32,000 nucleotides of DNA. It comes from Xylanibacter ruminicola 23. GTDB lineage: Bacteria > Bacteroidota > Bacteroidia > Bacteroidales > Bacteroidaceae. How positions within the stretch are numbered: the first letter of the stretch is position 1; every line of letters starts with the position of its first letter. Positions 27,280 to 32,000 of the stretch are shown in pieces. The translations under genes were made by a program, and so were the position numbers. Where the stretch lies: contig NC_014033.1 of assembly GCF_000025925.1 (NCBI RefSeq), positions 1 to 32,000 on the forward strand. The letters run 5' to 3'. Below the pieces are notes generated by a model. It saw only the letters and a list, made by a program, of their open reading frames with translations. It did not search any database and had not been told where the DNA came from.

Positions 27280-27326
27280 ACATTAAACATTAAAGATTAA
27301 AGATTAAACATTATACATTATATATT
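27271..27326. repeat. Eight-unit tandem heptamer array (AAACATT x3, AAAGATT x2, AAACATT, ATACATT, ATATATT)
   Basis: Read directly. It begins in the last two codons of lpxB and runs to 4 nt before the next ATG (27331). Confidence 0.85.
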
Positions 27327-27330
27327 AATT

Positions 27331-28032
27331 ATGAAAAAGTTTTTTTCTATTGCGTTGCTGGCTGTAGCAGCTATGAGCGCTAGTGCACAGAATGTGCAGT
27401 TGCATTATGATTTTGGTCGTAATTTCTACTCTGATGAAGAGGCTGGTCGTCAGAAGGTTACATTAACCCTCGAGCAGTTCAAGGCCGACCAGTGGGGTTC
27501 TTGGTTCTACTTTGTGGATATCGACTTCAGTCGTAAGTTCACCGAGGGAGCTTATGGTGAAATCTCTCGTGAGTTTAATATTGGTAAGAAAGGTTTTGCT
27601 GCCCACGTAGAGTATGATGGTGGTCTGAACCGTTTCGGTTCGTTCCAGCAGGCCGCATTGGTTGGTGCTGCGTGGAATGGTCATAATGCTGACTTCTCAA
27701 AGACCTATTCTGTACAGTTGATGTATAAGCGCTTCTTTAAGAGCTACGACAATACCAGCGCCTATAATTCGGTACAGCTCACTGGTGTATGGGGCCTGAA
27801 CTTCGCTAACAAGAAGGGTACCTTCTCTGGTTTCATTGATTTCTGGCGTGGCGAAAAGGCCGACGGTCACGGTCAGCTGGTTCTCTTGACCGAGCCGCAG
27901 CTCTGGTACAATGCCACCGAGCATTTCAGTGTAGGTACCGAGGTTGAGGTTAGCAACAACTTCATTTATAACACCTATAACGATAAAAAGTTCTTCATTA
28001 ACCCAACTTTGGCTGTTAAGTGGAACTTCTAA
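27331..28032 (+). CDS. Small outer-membrane beta-barrel protein, Tsx/OmpK-like (DUF5020-like, unverified)
   Basis: Signal peptide (AVAAMSASAQ). The sequence is NVQLHYDFGRNF... with alternating aromatic strands. It ends with the ..KWNF terminal Phe typical of OMPs. Confidence 0.6.
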   Translation: MKKFFSIALLAVAAMSASAQNVQLHYDFGRNFYSDEEAGRQKVTLTLEQFKADQWGSWFYFVDIDFSRKFTEGAYGEISREFNIGKKGFAAHVEYDGGLNRFGSFQQAALVGAAWNGHNADFSKTYSVQLMYKRFFKSYDNTSAYNSVQLTGVWGLNFANKKGTFSGFIDFWRGEKADGHGQLVLLTEPQLWYNATEHFSVGTEVEVSNNFIYNTYNDKKFFINPTLAVKWNF

Positions 28033-28042
28033 TTTTTAATTT

Positions 28043-28130
28043 TATCTACCACTCTACCACTAATCGCTCGAAATACCTTTGTTTATGCAGGATTGCGAGG
28101 TGGTAGTAGAAAGATGGTAGATGGTAGATA
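28043..28130. repeat. Imperfect inverted repeat (about 16 bp with one bulge) flanking a 55-bp spacer
   Basis: tatctacca (28043-28051) pairs with tggtagata (28122-28130). tctacca (28053-28059) pairs with tggtaga (28115-28121). The left arm is a tandem TCTACCAC x2 and the right arm is a tandem GATGGTA x2. An alternative inner pairing is ctaccac (28054-60) with gtggtag (28100-106). Confidence 0.7.
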
Positions 28131-28150
28131 CAGTTTCTATTTTATATTTG

Positions 28151-28189
28151 TTTTCCCCGACAGAAAATGTTACTTTCTGCCGGGGAAAA
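28151..28189 (+). terminator. Candidate terminator hairpin (symmetric, could act in both directions) downstream of the Tsx-like gene
   Basis: 16-bp stem ttttccccgacagaaa / tttctgccggggaaaa (15 of 16 paired) with a 7-nt loop. The 3' flank is T-rich (ctctgttttct). It lies about 120 nt past the stop at 28032. Confidence 0.5.
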
Positions 28190-28299
28190 CTCTGTTTTCT
28201 GCATTAGAAAATGGAATTTTCTGCTGCGAAAAACAAATATCTTCTTTCTTGTTATGTAAAAATTTTGGCTAAAAATTTGGAAGTTTAGAATAATTTACC

Positions 28300-28307
28300 T
28301 ATATTTG
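28300..28307 (+). promoter_or_regulatory. -7 box (TAtaTTTG) for the lipocalin-like lipoprotein gene
   Basis: tatatttg lies 42 nt upstream of the ATG at 28349. Confidence 0.55.
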
Positions 28308-28348
28308 CCAACAAGAAGTACTACTATTAACCTAAGACAAGTTAGCCT

Positions 28349-28750
28349 ATGACGAAGAATATGTTATACGTAATGGCGGCCGTGATGGCTGGTTTCGTGA
28401 GTTTAAGTATGTCCGCATGTAGTGTGGATTATGATGGCAACAACGAAAACGATGCAGATTTGATTGGAACGTGGGATGCCATCAGTCAGCAGTACTATGC
28501 TGATAACGAGGGTTACGGTAAGCCTGGTCCCGCAGGTGGCTATTGGGTAATCACAGCCCGCACCATCACCGAGTATCAGCAGGTGAATGCTGCAGCCATT
28601 ACCACTGCTGGCTACACTTTTGACGGCAGACGGTTGACAATCGACGGGCGTACCGCTTGCGAGGTGGTTACGTTAACCCAACGGCAGATGCTGCTACGTA
28701 AACAGGTGCAACAAGGGAAGTATCAGGAAATAACTTTTAAAAGGCGATAA
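28349..28750 (+). CDS. Small lipoprotein, lipocalin-like fold suspected
   Basis: Signal peptide plus lipobox (GFVSLSMSAC|SVDYD). The GTWDAIS motif is typical of Bacteroidales lipocalin-like domains. Length is 133 aa. Confidence 0.55.
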   Translation: MTKNMLYVMAAVMAGFVSLSMSACSVDYDGNNENDADLIGTWDAISQQYYADNEGYGKPGPAGGYWVITARTITEYQQVNAAAITTAGYTFDGRRLTIDGRTACEVVTLTQRQMLLRKQVQQGKYQEITFKRR

Positions 28751-28757
28751 AAAATAT

Positions 28758-28786
28758 GGGAGCTAACGGATGACCGGTTAGCTCCC
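28758..28786. terminator. Bidirectional terminator between convergent genes
   Basis: Perfect 10-bp stem gggagctaac / gttagctccc (28758-67 / 28777-86), extendable by 2 bp with a bulge. T-rich tails are present on both strands (plus tatttctt, minus atattttt). Confidence 0.75.
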
Positions 28787-28811
28787 TATTTCTTAATTAT
28801 CTACGTTTGCG

Positions 28812-29732
28812 TTAGATGGGCAGTGAGAACACGAAGCGTGAACCGCCGCGGTAATCGGTGTCGAGACGAATATCGCCACCCAAACGGCGGGCGATGCTAC
28901 GTGCTACGGTGAGACCGATACCGTTACCCTCGAAGAAATCGTTGAGCTTTACGTATGGCTCGAAAATCTTCTCAGCGTAGTCGGAAAGAACGCCTGTGCC
29001 AGTATCTTCAACACAGAACTCGAGGTTTGAGCCTGCGACGTTGATAAGCAACAGGATCTCGCCCTGGGCGGTGAACTTCATCGCATTATCGAGCAGTGCT
29101 ACCAATGCGCGCACGGCATGCTTGCTGTTGGTGAACACCATGGTGGCCTGGGCTTCCTCTACCATCTGGCACTTGAATTCGGCCTTCTGGTAGCTCTGGA
29201 TGCCTGACTCCTGGATGGCCATAGCGGCGATATCCTGAGCCATCACGTTATCCTCGCATCGCAAGGGCTGCTCCATCTCGATGTCGATAACATTGAGAAT
29301 CTGATTGGCTGTGAGAGCGATGTTACCAGCATTAGGATGGGTGTAGTCTAACTTCTGCTTGATGGCCTCGGCATACTGCTCAATCATGTTCTTCTTCTTG
29401 AGCATGGTTTCCTCAAGCTTCTGCTTGGCAGCCATAACCTCGTTCGACTGCTTCTCGATGGCCTCTTTTACCTTCAGCACTTTCTGCTTCTCCTCTTCCA
29501 TCTTGTCGAAAGCCATCAGGGCCTCTTCGTACCCCTGACCAACGTTGTCGAAGTTCTGCTCGAGCGAACGGTAGTCCTTGAGCAACTTCTCCATCTCGTT
29601 GACGCGCTTCTGGTAGTCCTCGAGCAACTGCTTGCCTTCGGCCTCCTGCTCACGACTGTGCTTAATCTTCATCTGCAGAATAATGCAGACGATGAGGAGT
29701 ATAATAACAAGTGAGACAACCAACCAGATCAT
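28812..29732 (-). CDS. Membrane-anchored histidine-kinase-like ATPase (one N-terminal TM helix, long coiled coil, degenerate H-box, intact HATPase_c)
   Basis: TM helix at residues 2-21 (IWLVVSLVIILLIVCIILQM). Charged heptad-rich region at ~25-125. Candidate phospho-His context is LDYTH132PNAGNI rather than SHELRTPL. The N-box is LLDNAMKF, G1 is EDTGTG, the F-box is IFEPY and G2 is GNGIGL. The gap to the upstream STAS gene is 3 nt. Confidence 0.8.
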   Translation of the reverse strand: MIWLVVSLVIILLIVCIILQMKIKHSREQEAEGKQLLEDYQKRVNEMEKLLKDYRSLEQNFDNVGQGYEEALMAFDKMEEEKQKVLKVKEAIEKQSNEVMAAKQKLEETMLKKKNMIEQYAEAIKQKLDYTHPNAGNIALTANQILNVIDIEMEQPLRCEDNVMAQDIAAMAIQESGIQSYQKAEFKCQMVEEAQATMVFTNSKHAVRALVALLDNAMKFTAQGEILLLINVAGSNLEFCVEDTGTGVLSDYAEKIFEPYVKLNDFFEGNGIGLTVARSIARRLGGDIRLDTDYRGGSRFVFSLPI

Positions 29733-29735
29733 ATG

Positions 29736-30047
29736 CTATGCTTTTTTCTGTTCTACCTTCATGAATTTGGTGAATCCGGTCATAGCCAGAATCTTGTAAA
29801 TTTCGGGCGACACGTTGGTGATTTTGAACTGACCCTTGAGCTGAGTAACAATGCGCATAGTCTTCTGGATGATACGCAGACCTGAGCTGGCCATGTAGGT
29901 GAGTTCTGTGCAGTCCATTTCGAGGTCAACACCTCCCTCCTTAAGGGCGGGCTGGATGTCCTGCTCGAACTGGTTGGCGTTCATAGTGTCGATTCGTGAA
30001 CCGGTCTTAATAATGGTTTTTCCACCTTCTTTGATAATCTGTGTCAT
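29736..30047 (-). CDS. STAS-domain protein (anti-sigma-factor antagonist / SpoIIAA-RsbV-MlaB fold)
   Basis: 103 aa. The conserved phosphorylatable-serine motif is YMAS54SGLRII (compare DSSGL in SpoIIAA). The size and spacing are typical of single-domain STAS proteins. Confidence 0.85.
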   Translation of the reverse strand: MTQIIKEGGKTIIKTGSRIDTMNANQFEQDIQPALKEGGVDLEMDCTELTYMASSGLRIIQKTMRIVTQLKGQFKITNVSPEIYKILAMTGFTKFMKVEQKKA

Positions 30048-30075
30048 AATTATGTGTTATCTAATTGTTTTGTAA

Positions 30076-30489
30076 TTAATCCTCTAAATCCTTTTTCATG
30101 GTGAGCAGGTTCTTGCCCTCCAGGCGCTGATAGGTAACCTCGTTCATGATGTTCTTGACAATGTAGATGCCAAGACCACCCAGTTCGCGATCAGCTGGAT
30201 CGGTAGCAGTGTCGATGTCCTCCTTCATGGTGGGGTCAAACTCGCGGCCCTTGTCGCTAAGCACAAATGTGAGCGTGTGGCCAATGCACTCGGCTGTCAA
30301 TTCGATGTCGGCAGTTTTTCCTTCGGGATAAGCATAGAAGATAACGTTAGATACCATCTCTTCCATTACCAGGTTCAGGTTCATCAGCAGCTCCATGTCA
30401 AGCTGAAGTTCCTCTCCGATCTCTTCGATGAAGGCGTTTACTTTCTCTAACTCGCCTACCTGATTCTTAATCTTAATTTCTTTCTTCAT
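30076..30489 (-). CDS. RsbW/SpoIIAB-like serine protein kinase (HATPase_c_2, anti-sigma regulatory factor type)
   Basis: 137 aa. The N-box-like motif is EEMVSNVIFYAY, G1-like is SDKGREFDP and G2-like is GGLGIYIVKNIM. There is no DHp domain. Confidence 0.8.
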   Translation of the reverse strand: MKKEIKIKNQVGELEKVNAFIEEIGEELQLDMELLMNLNLVMEEMVSNVIFYAYPEGKTADIELTAECIGHTLTFVLSDKGREFDPTMKEDIDTATDPADRELGGLGIYIVKNIMNEVTYQRLEGKNLLTMKKDLED

Positions 30490-30532
30490 ATAAAAATGCT
30501 AAAATTGGATGTTATAATTCGAATTATTGCTG

Positions 30533-30540
30533 CAAAAGTA
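30533..30540 (-). promoter_or_regulatory. -7 box (TActTTTG) upstream of the kinase/STAS/HK-like genes
   Basis: Plus strand reads caaaagta, which is tacttttg on the minus strand. It lies about 44 nt upstream of the ATG at 30489, within the 123-nt gap after mlaF. Confidence 0.55.
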
Positions 30541-30612
30541 AGTAAAAAATCTGAATCGAACAAACTTTTAAGAAAAATTTATTTAATAATAAGGTGTTTT
30601 TTCTTGAAACAC

Positions 30613-31386
30613 TTATAATGAGAGTCCGTTGTCGATAACGATTCGTCGCATATTTTTGAGCAGATCGCTGGCGAAGATAAAGTCGGTTAATCGGGGATTT
30701 TCGGCACCCATAACCTGACTGCTTACACCTTGCCATTCCTTATTTCCTTCGTAAATAAAAATGATATTTTCGCCGATGCCCATGACCGAGTTCATGTCGT
30801 GGGTGTTTATGATGGTGGTCATGTTGTATTCCTGAGTGATGGAGTGTAACAGCTCATCGATAACAAGCGATGTTTTGGGGTCGAGACCAGAGTTTGGCTC
30901 GTCGCAAAACAGATATTTGGGATTGAGGGCGATGGCACGGGCGATGGCAACACGTTTTTGCATACCTCCGGATATCTCGCCAGGGAATTTTTCGTCGGCA
31001 CCAGTCAGGTTTACACGGTCCAAGCAGTCCTGTGCACGGCGGATACGTTCACGTAAGGTCATTGACGAGAACATGTCGAGCGGGAACATCACGTTCTCGA
31101 GAACCGTCATGGAGTCGAAGAGGGCAGCGCTTTGGAATATCATACCCATCTCGCGACGCATCATTACCTTTTCGTGTTTGCTCATGCTTACAAAATTACG
31201 ACCGTCGTACAGAATCTCGCCGCGGGTCGGTTCGAGAAGTCCGACAAGATTTTTCATCAGTACCGTCTTGCCGGAACCGCTCTGTCCGATAATGAGGTTG
31301 GTCTTACCGTCTTCGAATACGGTATTGATGTCTTTCAGGACTTCTCTGTCCTCAAAACTCTTATATAAATGCTTTACTTCGATCAT
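30613..31386 (-). CDS. mlaF: ABC transporter ATP-binding protein, MlaF-like
   Basis: Walker A is GQSGSGKT, the signature is ISGGMQKRVAIARA and Walker B is LFCDEPNSGLD. A ~45-aa C-terminal extension is present. Its ATG overlaps the stop of the MlaE-like permease (ATGA at 31383-31386). Confidence 0.85.
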   Translation of the reverse strand: MIEVKHLYKSFEDREVLKDINTVFEDGKTNLIIGQSGSGKTVLMKNLVGLLEPTRGEILYDGRNFVSMSKHEKVMMRREMGMIFQSAALFDSMTVLENVMFPLDMFSSMTLRERIRRAQDCLDRVNLTGADEKFPGEISGGMQKRVAIARAIALNPKYLFCDEPNSGLDPKTSLVIDELLHSITQEYNMTTIINTHDMNSVMGIGENIIFIYEGNKEWQGVSSQVMGAENPRLTDFIFASDLLKNMRRIVIDNGLSL

Positions 31387-32000
31387 GACAGTAACTGGGT
31401 TAAGAAAACATCCGAAAACAGAATGAGTACACTCGAGGTTACTACAGCATCGGTTGATGCCTTACCTACGTTTACACTACCACCCTCGACCGTGTAGCCG
31501 CAGAAGGCTGGCACGCTGGAGATGATGAATGCAAAAAACTGACTTTTGATGATACTCATCCATACGAACCATGGGATGAATGCGTGCTGCAGTCCAGCCG
31601 TCAGGTCGTCGGGTGCGATGATATGTCCTATATAAGCCGTGCCGTAAGCACCAATGATACCTGTGGCCGAAGAGAAGATGACCAGGAATGGCATGATGGT
31701 GAGCAGACCGATGATTTTGGGCAGAATCAGATAGCAGGCCGAATTGATGCCCATAATCTCGAGAGCGTCGATCTGCTGGGTAACACGCATGGTGCCCAGC
31801 TCTGAGGCGATGTTGGAACCTACTTTTCCTGCCAGGATTAAGCACATGATGGAACTTGAGAACTCCAGCAGCAGAATCTCGCGGGTGGTATAGCCGGCAA
31901 CCCAGCGTGGCATCCAAGGGCTCTGAATATTCAGCTTCATCTGAATACAGATGACGGCGCCGATGAAAAATGAGATGATGAGTACGATGCCGATAGAATT
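31383..32000 (-). CDS. mlaE: MlaE-family ABC permease (5' end lies beyond the window)
   Basis: The frame stays open from 31940 to the window edge (..NSIGIVLIISFFIGAVICIQMKLNIQ..), so the ATG at 31940 is internal. It carries the MlaE hallmark QIDALEIMGIN and multiple TM segments. Confidence 0.8.
   Translation of the reverse strand, partial: NSIGIVLIISFFIGAVICIQMKLNIQSPWMPRWVAGYTTREILLLEFSSSIMCLILAGKVGSNIASELGTMRVTQQIDALEIMGINSACYLILPKIIGLLTIMPFLVIFSSATGIIGAYGTAYIGHIIAPDDLTAGLQHAFIPWFVWMSIIKSQFFAFIISSVPAFCGYTVEGGSVNVGKASTDAVVTSSVLILFSDVFLTQLLS

Noticed and set aside
28085-28120. 11-codon ORF (MQDCEVVVERW) behind the orphan promoter box at 28074
   Set aside because: It is too short, lies within the inverted-repeat structure, and has no features of a leader or secreted peptide. 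The region is better treated as a possible RNA or regulatory element.
28043-28130. Interpretation as a Bacteroides-type invertible (phase-variable) promoter
   Set aside because: The spacer between the repeat arms is only about 55 bp, whereas known invertible promoters have roughly 150-250 bp. No site-specific recombinase gene is nearby. The arms are built of short tandem units rather than a recombinase core site. I kept it as an RNA-structure or repeat finding instead.
30594-30612. Hairpin gtgttt/aaacac overlapping the mlaF stop codon as a possible terminator
   Set aside because: The stem is only 6 bp and mostly A-T, with no clean U-tract. It is not convincing, so I leave open the possibility of read-through from mlaF into the kinase/STAS genes.
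1-32000. Search for CRISPR arrays, IS elements or transposases, integrases, toxin-antitoxin pairs, restriction-modification or other known defence systems, rRNA genes, and a parS site (TGTTTCACGTGAAACA-like)
   Set aside because: I recognised none. There are no spaced direct repeats of CRISPR type and no DDE, tyrosine or serine recombinase motifs in any ORF. I found no parS-like palindrome by eye. A proper pattern search could still find a degenerate parS.

Overview
This window looks like a chromosomal segment of a Bacteroidota genome, probably Bacteroidales and Prevotella-like. Three things support that: TAnnTTTG -7 promoter boxes in front of most transcription units, a T9SS C-terminal sorting domain, and the conserved parA-parB-DUF5683-lytic transglycosylase-relA gene order. 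I support 26 protein-coding genes (one truncated at the right edge) and one tRNA-Leu(UAG). I saw no rRNA, CRISPR array, transposase or integrase, or recognisable defence system. Most of the window is housekeeping: parC, alaS, a bifunctional Rel/SpoT, parAB, surE, lpxB, mlaEF, and two S41 peptidases, one of them tricorn-like. Two regions are accessory-like. The first (176-6942, minus strand) is a cell-envelope gene cluster encoding a coiled-coil lipoprotein, OmpA, a T9SS-sorted beta-trefoil-like protein and a low-GC beta-helix-like lipoprotein. The second (28812-30540, minus strand) is a compact RsbW-like kinase / STAS / membrane histidine-kinase-like module directly downstream of mlaE-mlaF, with no PP2C phosphatase, sigma factor or response regulator in the window. 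I consider this module the best candidate for an undescribed regulatory system, possibly a phospho-switchable MlaB analogue. At the nucleotide level there are several further oddities. lpxB is bracketed by inverted arrays of an AAACATT/AAAGATT heptamer. The 316-bp intergenic region 28033-28348 carries nested inverted repeats, orphan promoter-like boxes and 22/44-bp phased motifs. The alaS terminator has a duplicated arm just upstream of a promoterless parC. All family calls come from motifs read by eye in the ORF translations. No database search, fold prediction or statistics were run, and GC values are hand counts on a few 60-nt lines.
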